The position numbers were made by a program, and so were the translations under genes. From Pyrinomonadaceae bacterium (GTDB lineage Bacteria; Acidobacteriota; Blastocatellia; Pyrinomonadales; Pyrinomonadaceae): a DNA stretch of 64,000 nucleotides. Of this stretch, positions 19,532 to 27,338 are shown in pieces. The notes under the pieces are model-generated. The model was not told the DNA's origin. It worked only from the letters and a program-made list of their open reading frames with translations, and did not search any database. Within the stretch, counting starts at the first letter, position 1; each line of letters begins with the position of its first letter. The stretch spans positions 958 to 64,957 of the forward strand of contig JBGTGO010000050.1 in assembly GCA_041746675.1 (NCBI GenBank). The letters are read 5' to 3'.

Positions 19532-20737
19532 ATGAAGATTCTTTTTTACAATCATCAGGGAAAAGTCAGCGGTGCGGAACGGGTTATCTTGCTCGTTTTG
19601 AAGCGTTTGAACCGGGACTTATTCGAGCCTGTGATGGTTTGTCCGGCGACAGATACGATGGCTGAAGAAACTGCTAAACTCGGCATTCCGTGCCGGATGA
19701 TAAATCAGTTTGAAGCCCGTTTCACCGTTCGTCCCGACAAATTGATGCACTATTTCGCTTCGTTCGTCCAGACATTACGACAACTGAGAGCCGAAATTAG
19801 CCGCGAAGAACCGGCTGTCATTCACGCCAACAGCATTCGTTCCGGTCTGGTGGCGACGGCGGCGAGTGCGGGGATGAAAATTCCGGTTATCTGGCATTTG
19901 CAGGATGAATTGGGAACTCATCCGATCAGCACTTTAATAAGGATTTTCGCCGCCTGTTTCACGCAAACACGCTTGATGCCGGTTTCCGAAGCGACGGGCA
20001 AAAGTTTTCGCGGAGTTCTTCTGCGATTTTTCGGCAGACATCTGCAAGAGTGTGTCGTTCACAACGGAATCGAGATGGAAAAATTCAAGTTTAACTCAAC
20101 AAATCGTGGACAAATCCGAAAGGAATTCAATCTGAGCGACGATGAACTTGTGTTCGGTATCGTCGGACAAATTACGCCGCGGAAAGGTCAGTTAGAGCTT
20201 TTGCAAACATTCGCCGCAATGCAAAAACAGATGCCGTCAACGCTGCTCGTTGTCGGGGCACCGGTGTTCAATCTGGATTATCTTTACCTGGAAAAATTAA
20301 CAGCAACGGTCAAAAATTTGGGGATCGAAAATCGCGTCAAGTTTCTCGGTGCACGGCGAAACGTGGCGGCAATTATGCAGTCACTCGACGCACTGGTAAT
20401 TAATTCCAAAAGCGAGGCACTTGTTCTGGTGGCAATCGAAGCGATGGCGTGCCGTACGCCGGTTATCGCTACCGATGTCGGCGGCACGAATGAAATCATC
20501 ACGCACAAAGAAAACGGCTGGCTGGTTTCCTTCGGCGACAAACGGGCTTTAACCGACGCACTCTTGACAGTCGGAAGCCAACCTGAACTGCGTCGTCAAT
20601 TTGCGGAAAAAAGCGAAAAAATCGTTACGGCACGCTTGAATGCAGAACATTTCATCAATCAAGTCGAAGATTTTTACCGGCACTGCGGTGCGGGCAAAAT
20701 GCAAGCGATGAGCGAGGATTTGGCAACGCAAAGTTAG
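19532..20737 (+). CDS. Glycosyltransferase family 4 (GT-B fold)
   Basis: MKILFYNHQGKVSGAERV N-terminus and an EX7E-type C-terminal motif (SEALVLVAIEAMACRTPVIATDVGG). I prefer the ATG at 19532 over the TTG at 19499. Confidence 0.85.
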   Translation: MKILFYNHQGKVSGAERVILLVLKRLNRDLFEPVMVCPATDTMAEETAKLGIPCRMINQFEARFTVRPDKLMHYFASFVQTLRQLRAEISREEPAVIHANSIRSGLVATAASAGMKIPVIWHLQDELGTHPISTLIRIFAACFTQTRLMPVSEATGKSFRGVLLRFFGRHLQECVVHNGIEMEKFKFNSTNRGQIRKEFNLSDDELVFGIVGQITPRKGQLELLQTFAAMQKQMPSTLLVVGAPVFNLDYLYLEKLTATVKNLGIENRVKFLGARRNVAAIMQSLDALVINSKSEALVLVAIEAMACRTPVIATDVGGTNEIITHKENGWLVSFGDKRALTDALLTVGSQPELRRQFAEKSEKIVTARLNAEHFINQVEDFYRHCGAGKMQAMSEDLATQS

Positions 20738-20788
20738 ACAAACAATATACCCCACGACTTTATTCGTGCGGTATATAAGGAAACATTA

Positions 20789-21946
20789 ATGTCAAAAGTA
20801 GCTCTAGTTCACGATTATTTTGTGCAGATGGGCGGTGCTGAAAAAGTCGCCGAAGAGATGCACAAAATATTTCCCTCCGCACCGATGTTCACCACCGTTG
20901 ACACTCGCACCGAAGTTCCAGCCGAATTGCGGAATTCTCGCGTTCATACGTCATTTATGCAGCGTCTGCCGGGAATAGAAAAGAATTTTCGACATTATTT
21001 CCCCATTTATCCGTTTGCCGTCGAGAGTTTAGATGTAAATGATTACGACTTGATTTTAAGCAGCTCTTCGGGCTACGCCAAAGGAGTTCGCAAGCGGCAC
21101 GGTGCGATACACATCTGTTACTGCCACACGCCGATGCGTTGGGCTTGGCGGTATGAGGATTATGCCGCCCGCGAGCAGTTCGGCGGAGTCAAACGCTTTA
21201 TTTTACCGCCGATTTTAGCGGGTTTGCGTCATTGGGATTTGCGTGCCGCCGAACAGCCGGATTTTTACATCGTCAATTCGAGCAATGTGGCACGCCGCGT
21301 CAAAGAAATTTACGGACGCGATTCAGTTGTCATACCGCCGCCGATTGATGTCGGGCGTTTTTTACCCGACGAACCGGACGAGGATTTTTACCTGATTTTG
21401 TCACGTCTGATTTCATATAAAAAGTTGGATTTGGCAATTGAAGCCTGCAAAAAACTCAATCGCCGTTTAATCGTCATCGGCGAAGGACCGGACAGAAAAC
21501 GGCTCGAACGGCTTGCCGGAAAACAGACCGAGTTTTTAGGACGGCAGCCCGATCAAGTCGTTACGAGATATGCGAGCCGCTGCCGTGCCTTGCTGTTTCC
21601 CGGCGAAGAAGATTTCGGAATGGTGCCGCTCGAAATTAACGCATCCGGTCGTCCGGTCATTGCATACGGTGCGGGCGGTGCGACGGAAACGGTTGTTGAC
21701 GGCGAAACCGGCATATTTTTTGACGAACAGACCGTTGAATCTCTCATTGCGGCAATTGAAGAATTCGAGAGTCGGCTCTGGAATCGGCGATTGATGCGGA
21801 AACACGCGGAAAAATTTGACACGCAGGTTTTCACCAAGCACGTCAGCGATTTTCTGCACAAAGTCGCTCCGGCATCGTGTGTCCAAGAAATTCCGGAAAC
21901 GAAAGAACGTTCATCTTTCAGCATTCGGAAAGCTCATGCGGATTAA
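20789..21946 (+). CDS. Glycosyltransferase family 4 (GT-B fold)
   Basis: VALVHDYFVQMGGAEKV N-terminus and EEDFGMVPLEINASGRPVIAYGAGG in the C-terminal domain. Confidence 0.85.
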   Translation: MSKVALVHDYFVQMGGAEKVAEEMHKIFPSAPMFTTVDTRTEVPAELRNSRVHTSFMQRLPGIEKNFRHYFPIYPFAVESLDVNDYDLILSSSSGYAKGVRKRHGAIHICYCHTPMRWAWRYEDYAAREQFGGVKRFILPPILAGLRHWDLRAAEQPDFYIVNSSNVARRVKEIYGRDSVVIPPPIDVGRFLPDEPDEDFYLILSRLISYKKLDLAIEACKKLNRRLIVIGEGPDRKRLERLAGKQTEFLGRQPDQVVTRYASRCRALLFPGEEDFGMVPLEINASGRPVIAYGAGGATETVVDGETGIFFDEQTVESLIAAIEEFESRLWNRRLMRKHAEKFDTQVFTKHVSDFLHKVAPASCVQEIPETKERSSFSIRKAHAD

Positions 21947-22012
21947 AACCGTGCCGTGATTTTATTGAAATTGGAGACATCTGCCAAAGTTTGAGTTTTG
22001 AAATAGTAATAA

Positions 22013-22058
22013 AATGCACCTGACGCGATTTGAATCGCATCAGGTGCATTGTTTTGTT
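22013..22058. terminator. Bidirectional hairpin terminator between convergent genes
   Basis: 17-bp stem AATGCACCTGACGCGAT / ATCGCATCAGGTGCATT (one mismatch) with a 4-nt loop. A-rich on the left and T-rich on the right. Confidence 0.7.
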
Positions 22059-22087
22059 GAATACATATTTCCGCTGAATACTTTTCT

Positions 22088-22438
22088 CTACCGACCCGTG
22101 AAATTTGGGACCACGGTTTTGTCACCTAAAACGGTACCGTTGCTGAGCAGCACGTTTGTTCCGATGTCACAATTGCTGCCGATAATCGAATCGAAAACGC
22201 TCGTGTAGGAATCAATGCACGTACCTGACCAGATTACAGAGTTTCTGATAATCGAGTTTTCAGCGATGACTACGCCTTTACCTAAAACTGAATTAATAAT
22301 TTGAGCTTTCGGTTTAATTATACAATCTTCGGCAATGCACGATTTATCGTCTATCTCGGAGTCGGTTGATTGAATAAACTTTCCGTCACAGTTAATTTCA
22401 AAGTTCTTTATCTTTCGGCTAAAATTAATGCTTGCAAT
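22088..22438 (-). pseudogene. Left-handed beta-helix (hexapeptide-repeat) fragment resembling the C-terminal domain of sugar nucleotidyltransferases; no ATG/GTG/TTG start
   Basis: My own translation of the minus strand gives IASINFSRKIKNFEINCDGKF…IIKPKAQIINSVLGKGVVIAENSIIRNSVIWSGTCIDSYTSVFDSIIGSNCDIGTNVLLSNGTVLGDKTVVPNFTGR*. The open frame starts right after a stop. Its first codon is ATT, with GGAGG about 7 nt upstream. The ORF track misses it because it has no Met. Confidence 0.5.
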
Positions 22439-22467
22439 TTATTTTCCTCCGGCTGATTTTATTTTGT

Positions 22468-22839
22468 TTAGAATCTTCCAAAATCGTCTTCAAAGCGAAC
22501 GATGTCGTCTTCGCCGAAATAATCCCCGCACTGCACTTCGATAAAAATCAGCGTTTCAGACGCGTCCCGGTTTTCGACGCGGTGCTTGTCGCCGAGTGCA
22601 ATATCAATGTTTTGTCCGGCTTCGATATTGAGGATTTCGTCATTTAAAGTTACTCGAGCCGCACCCTGAATAATAAACCAATGCTCAGCACGGTGGGCGT
22701 GTTTTTGATAGCTGAGTCTTTTCTGTGGCAAAACTTCAATTCGTTTCACCTTGAAATCATTTCCTTCGTCCAGAATCGTGTAATTGCCCCACGGACGATG
22801 CTCGAATTTCGGAGCTTCAGTTTCAATTATTGTATTCAT
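22468..22839 (-). CDS. Stand-alone cupin domain of type II phosphomannose isomerase
   Basis: RPWGNYTILDEGNDFKVKRIEVLPQKRLSYQKHAHRAEHWFIIQG matches the C-terminal cupin of bifunctional ManC/CpsB-type enzymes. Confidence 0.8.
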   Translation of the reverse strand: MNTIIETEAPKFEHRPWGNYTILDEGNDFKVKRIEVLPQKRLSYQKHAHRAEHWFIIQGAARVTLNDEILNIEAGQNIDIALGDKHRVENRDASETLIFIEVQCGDYFGEDDIVRFEDDFGRF

Positions 22840-22900
22840 AAATCTGTATTTAACCTGCCTTTAGAAAAATATTGATTGTTGATGCTAATAAAACTGTTAA

Positions 22901-23098
22901 ACCGATGAAGTTTCCATTTTTCTGCCGTATTTTGAAATCTCTCCGGTAGGATTGAAACGCGGCATTCGCCCCGTTTTAATAACAAGTTTAGCCGCCATTT
23001 TAGGAATGCTGCCACTCGCCGTGATCGGCGGTTTAGCTGTCGCACTTTTATTTTCACTGGTTTTTACGCCGACTGTTTACTACGTTCAGAACAAATAA
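22901..23098 (+). pseudogene. Remnant of the C-terminus of an RND efflux transporter
   Basis: My own translation gives …GIRPVLITSLAAILGMLPLAVIGGLAVALLFSLVFTPTVYYVQNK*. This is the last TM helices of an RND pump. There is no upstream body, and the conserved segment between PLA and IGG appears to be missing. Confidence 0.6.
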
Positions 23099-23176
23099 AT
23101 CGAAAAGAAACAAATATTTCGCATAATTCAAGAAGGCTCCGGAAGAAACATAAGGCTGTTTGATAACTTTGCAAAA

Positions 23177-25702
23177 TTATAACTTCAAACTTCTGAGTCG
23201 CAAAGCATTCAAAATCACCGAAACCGAACTAAATGTCATCGCCGCCGAAGCGATCATCGGGCTTAAAAGTAAACCGATAAATGGAAACAAAATGCCCGCT
23301 GCGATTGGAACACCGACGAGATTGTAAATAAATGCAAAAAACAGATTTTGGCGAATGTTGCTCATCGTCGCTTCGCTTAATTTCTTAGCTTTTAAGATTC
23401 CGCGTAAATCACCTCTGAGTAAAGTTATATCAGCCGATTCCATTGCTACATCCGTTCCCGTTCCCATTGCAATTCCGACCTGTGCCTGAGCAAGTGCGGG
23501 AGCGTCATTAACACCATCGCCCGCCATTGCGACGATTTTTCCTTGGGCTTGCAATTCTTTAACCTTTGCCGCTTTTTGTTCGGGCAGAACATCTGCAAAA
23601 ACTTGGTCAATGTTCAATTTCTTTGCCACGGCTTCGGCGGTTTGTCTATTATCGCCCGTCATCATAATCACTTCGATATTTTGCCGATGGAGTTCGTCAA
23701 TCGCTTCTTTTGCCGTTTGTTTGACTGAATCAGCTACTCCGATCAGACCTGCGAATTTTCCGTCAACTGCTGCAAGCATTACGGTTTGACCTTCAACGCG
23801 AAGTGAGTTGAGAGCGTCGAGTTCGGAGTCCGGCATTTGGATATTTTTTTCGTCAAACATCTTCTGATTGCCGACCACGACTTCTTTTCCGCCGACTTTT
23901 CCAAAAATTCCTTTGCCTGTAACCGATTCAAAGTTTTCGGATTTTAGCAATTCGATGCCCTTATCTGCCGCACCCTCAACAATTGATTCGGCAAGCGGAT
24001 GCTCACTTGATTTTTCCAACGATGCGACCAATTTTAATAGTTCATCTTCACCAAGCTTAGATTCGTTGTAAGCAGAAACTTTCTGCAAACGTGGTCTTCC
24101 TTCGGTCAAAGTTCCGGTTTTATCAACGATAATCGTATTAACCTTTTCAAGTGTTTCCAAAGCTTCGGCTTTTTTGACCAAAACACCCGATTTTGCACCG
24201 TGTCCCGTGCCGACCATAATTGACATCGGAGTTGCCAAACCCAACGCACACGGGCAGGCGATGATTAAAACCGAAACCGCGGCAACAAGTGCATAGGAAA
24301 ATGAACCGAAGATCATCCAGACGACAAATGCGATGATGGCGACAAGAATTACGGCGGGAACAAAATATGCTGAAACAATATCGGCAAGCCTTTGAATCGG
24401 TGCTTGCGAACGCTGGGCTTCACCGACCATTCGGACGATCTGTGCGAGAAGTGTATCGCTTCCGACCTTTTCGGCTTTCATCGTGAACCCACGTTTTCCG
24501 TTGATCGTTCCGCCGATAATTTTATCGCCCGAAGTTTTTTCAACCGGAATTGATTCGCCCGTCACCATTGATTCATCAACATTCGTTTCGCCCTCTAAAA
24601 TAATTCCATCAACGGGAATTTTCTCGTTGGCTTTGACTCTTAAAGTTGCACCGATCTGCACATCTTTTAGATCAATCTCTTCCTCCATACCATCTTCAAA
24701 AACAACGATTGCCGTTTTTGGAGCAAGTCCAAGAAGTTCCCTAATTGCTGAAGATGTTTGACTTCTCGCACGGAGTTCTAAAACTTGTCCGAGCAAAACA
24801 AGCGTCGTAATCACCGCCGCCGCTTCAAAATATACGGCGATCAGGTTTTCCGCGTTTTTCATTGAAGCGGGGAAAATATTTGGTAAAAATATTGCGACCA
24901 GACTGTAAATGAAGGCTGCTCCCGTTCCCATTGCGACAAGTGTAAACATATTCGGGCTGGCGTTTTTAACCGATGCCCAAGCTCGCTCGAAAAAAGGAAA
25001 TCCGCCCCACAGCACAACGGGCGTTGCCAGAATAAATTGAATCCAAAGCGAAATTTGCGGCGGCACGATTTCATTAAAACCCGGAATCATTTCCGCCATT
25101 GCGAGTGCAAAAACGGGAATTGTCAACGCCGCCGAAATCCAGAATCGCCGTGTCATATCAATCAATTCAGGATCAGGTTCGTCGTCGAGTGAAATTACCA
25201 GCGGTTCAAGTGCCATTCCGCATTTCGGACAAGTTCCCGGACCGATCTGCAAAATTTCCGGGTGCATCGGGCAGGTATATTCCGTGCCTTCACTTTCTGC
25301 CTCAAGCTTTTCTTCTACTTTTTCTTCAAGGAAACTGTTCGGATTTTGGCGAAATTTATTTAAACATCCCTTTGAACAAAAATAATATGTTTCATCTCTA
25401 AAATCATATTCTCCCGCAGAAGTTTCGGAAGCAACGCTCATTCCGCACACGGGATCAATAAATTCGCCTGCGGGAGCGGCTTTCATATCGCCGTGCGAAA
25501 CAACCTTTTCACCGTTTTTGGTTTTTATATTTGCTTCGGCAACGTCGGAGATTTTGCTGTTATTTAGTTGTGAAACATATTTTGTTTTGCATCCAACGGC
25601 ACAGAAAAAAACCGTTTCGCCATTTTCAGATTCATATTTCGCAGCGGCACTTTCGGGTTTTACGGTCATTCCGCAAATCGGATCGATATATTCTTTACTC
25701 AT
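23177..25702 (-). CDS. copA: Copper-translocating P1B-type ATPase
   Basis: Two N-terminal TRASH/YHS-like domains (IDPICGMTV…FFCAVGC and IDPVCGMSV…YFCSKGC), a CPMHPE…CPKCGM metal-binding domain, the CPC motif ([12 protein letters not shown]), DKTGTLT, and GDGVNDAP. Confidence 0.95.
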   Translation of the reverse strand: MSKEYIDPICGMTVKPESAAAKYESENGETVFFCAVGCKTKYVSQLNNSKISDVAEANIKTKNGEKVVSHGDMKAAPAGEFIDPVCGMSVASETSAGEYDFRDETYYFCSKGCLNKFRQNPNSFLEEKVEEKLEAESEGTEYTCPMHPEILQIGPGTCPKCGMALEPLVISLDDEPDPELIDMTRRFWISAALTIPVFALAMAEMIPGFNEIVPPQISLWIQFILATPVVLWGGFPFFERAWASVKNASPNMFTLVAMGTGAAFIYSLVAIFLPNIFPASMKNAENLIAVYFEAAAVITTLVLLGQVLELRARSQTSSAIRELLGLAPKTAIVVFEDGMEEEIDLKDVQIGATLRVKANEKIPVDGIILEGETNVDESMVTGESIPVEKTSGDKIIGGTINGKRGFTMKAEKVGSDTLLAQIVRMVGEAQRSQAPIQRLADIVSAYFVPAVILVAIIAFVVWMIFGSFSYALVAAVSVLIIACPCALGLATPMSIMVGTGHGAKSGVLVKKAEALETLEKVNTIIVDKTGTLTEGRPRLQKVSAYNESKLGEDELLKLVASLEKSSEHPLAESIVEGAADKGIELLKSENFESVTGKGIFGKVGGKEVVVGNQKMFDEKNIQMPDSELDALNSLRVEGQTVMLAAVDGKFAGLIGVADSVKQTAKEAIDELHRQNIEVIMMTGDNRQTAEAVAKKLNIDQVFADVLPEQKAAKVKELQAQGKIVAMAGDGVNDAPALAQAQVGIAMGTGTDVAMESADITLLRGDLRGILKAKKLSEATMSNIRQNLFFAFIYNLVGVPIAAGILFPFIGLLLSPMIASAAMTFSSVSVILNALRLRSLKL

Positions 25703-25936
25703 AATAATTTTTAAAGCGGAAACTCAAGCGACATTTATCCGCTAAATTTCCGCTTGATTGGTTGTTAGTTAACTTGCACTGTAATTTCGATAAAATTTTG
25801 TTTTTCAAAAAAGATTCTACAACCTGCGTGTTACTGACAAGTCAAATCCAGGTCGGCTTATTCAGCAAAAGTTTCGATCAAATGACATATCGAATGTCCG
25901 TCCGGCAGAGCGTTATCCATTTTATCCCACTTTGTT

Positions 25937-26415
25937 TTAGCTTTGCACATTTTCTTCTACATATCTTCTCAGTTGTTTTATTTTCGTGCGATTTTGTTCG
26001 ATCCTTTTTAGAATGATTTCACGAACCACCGGACACGGAGAATTGCCTCTATCGGCTTCGCTTAAAATCTCAGAAATTTCCCTGAGTGTAAGCCCTAATT
26101 CTTTCGCATTACTGATAGCCCTTCCTCGCTTTAATTTTCAAATAGAAAGTAGTCATAAACGCAATAACCATTCCTGAATTTATTCAAAACGAGAAAGTTT
26201 CTTATTATCAGCAAGTAAACGGTTTTGATTGCAGCAACAGCGAGCATATTCCCAAAATTACTGTTCGTTATTAAACAAAAGTGTGTGATAACAAACAGCA
26301 AAATTCCGACATCTATTAGCAGAACAATTATCATATTTTTTCTGGTCACGAAAAATACCCAACAATATACTTTTGATGATAACGGCGACTCAATAATCGT
26401 AGTTTGCCGATTCAC
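25937..26415 (-). pseudogene. MerR-family (CueR-like) regulator, apparently frameshifted and decayed
   Basis: The frame ending at 25937 encodes LKRGRAISNAKELGLTLREISEILSEADRGNSPCPVVREIILKRIEQNRTKIKQLRRYVEE, a MerR dimerisation/effector region, and has no start codon. The upstream ORF 26131..26415 ends …IKTVYLLIIRNFLVLNKFRNGYCVYD. That aligns loosely with the MerR HTH-wing region but lies in another frame. The gene is co-oriented directly upstream of copA. Confidence 0.45.
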
Positions 26416-26447
26416 TTAAGTAAAGTAATTCCAAAATACATTTCAAG

Positions 26448-26463
26448 TGTTTGTTATCAAACA
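26448..26463. promoter_or_regulatory. Inverted repeat TGTTTG-N4-CAAACA, a candidate enhancer (UAS) site
   Basis: A perfect 6-bp inverted repeat about 105 bp upstream of the sigma-54-type promoter. A GTTTGTTT motif recurs at 26469-26476 and in the inverted repeat at 38423-38438. Confidence 0.3.
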
Positions 26464-26567
26464 ACCTTGTTTGTTTGCAGTCAGAAAAGATCTAGATAGG
26501 AATAACAAATTTTCAACGAAAACCTTTGTTTCCAACAGATAAAGATTTTTTGTCAAATCTGAAAATA

Positions 26568-26583
26568 CGGCACGATTGTTGCG
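26568..26583 (+). promoter_or_regulatory. Sigma-54 (-24/-12) type promoter of the metal efflux operon
   Basis: CGGCACGATTGTTGCG compared with the consensus TGGCACG-N4-TTGCW. The GG and GC dinucleotides have exact spacing. It lies 58 nt upstream of the ATG at 26641. Confidence 0.6.
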
Positions 26584-26640
26584 AATCTTAATGTTTGAAC
26601 TCAAGTGAAGAATATACGAAATAATTTAAAGGCTTCAGGT

Positions 26641-27306
26641 ATGAAATCAACCGATATAACTCAATTCCGCCAAAATAATTTCAGAGCAATTCTTGTGGTG
26701 ATGGTTGTTTTGATACTTTCCGCAGACACATTTCAAGTGTTTGCTCACGGCGGAGAAGATCACAGCGAAGAACCGAAGCAGAATGTTTCAGCGGATGCAA
26801 CAATGATGACGCAAGTCGTTCGTGCGGGTCATATTGAAGTTACGTTCAAACACGCAAGACTTGAGCCGGATACGAAAACCACCGCCCGGATTTTTGTGAC
26901 GGATTATGAAACAAATGCAGCAATTGAAAATGCAAAAATAACTTTGATTGTTGAAGGTGAAGGATTTCAAAAACAAGAAGTGGCGGCAAAAGCGACCGAA
27001 ACACCGGGCATCTTGTCGCTTGAATTGCCGCCGATTCCGATGGGTTCGGTGAAGCTCGATGTGCAGATAGAAGCCGGCGGAAAGAGCGAAAAAGCGAGTT
27101 TCGGTTCAATTGCGGTTGAACAACGTAAAGAGATGACAACATCGGCGGCACAGAGGAATTGGTTGTGGACGACGCTTTTCGGGTTGGGACTCGCTCTTAT
27201 CTTAACTTTGATCGGCGTTGGTATCTGGCTTGGAATTAAGCGTTATAAAGCAATTGAAAACAAAGAAGCAGCAGCAGAAGTTAAAAGCGAAATCGTTTCT
27301 GCGTAA
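26641..27306 (+). CDS. Membrane-anchored periplasmic protein with N-terminal HGGEDHS motif (YtkA/FixH-like beta-sandwich suspected)
   Basis: A signal peptide ending QVFA, then HGGEDHSEEP, then a roughly 130-aa beta-rich domain, then a C-terminal TM helix (WLWTTLFGLGLALILTLIGVGIWLGI). It is a paralogue of the N-terminal extension of the adaptor at 29506. I prefer the ATG at 26641 over the GTG at 26605. Confidence 0.55.
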   Translation: MKSTDITQFRQNNFRAILVVMVVLILSADTFQVFAHGGEDHSEEPKQNVSADATMMTQVVRAGHIEVTFKHARLEPDTKTTARIFVTDYETNAAIENAKITLIVEGEGFQKQEVAAKATETPGILSLELPPIPMGSVKLDVQIEAGGKSEKASFGSIAVEQRKEMTTSAAQRNWLWTTLFGLGLALILTLIGVGIWLGIKRYKAIENKEAAAEVKSEIVSA

Positions 27307-27338
27307 ATAAAGAAATCCATATCATTAAAATCTTAGAT

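Noticed and set aside
22014-22208. 64-aa plus-strand ORF over the terminator and the 3' end of the hexapeptide-repeat fragment.
   Set aside because: It is antisense to a frame with clear beta-helix periodicity and it starts inside the terminator hairpin, so it is implausible as a gene.
26438-26743. Exact 16-nt repeat ACATTTCAAGTGTTTG at 26438-26453 (intergenic, overlapping the UAS-like palindrome) and 26728-26743 (inside the first efflux gene, encoding …TFQVFA…).
   Set aside because: A 16-mer match somewhere in an AT-biased 64-kb window is not far from chance expectation. The 290-nt proximity is suggestive, but I found the match post hoc. I keep it as a note only. It could be tested by checking regulator binding to both sites.
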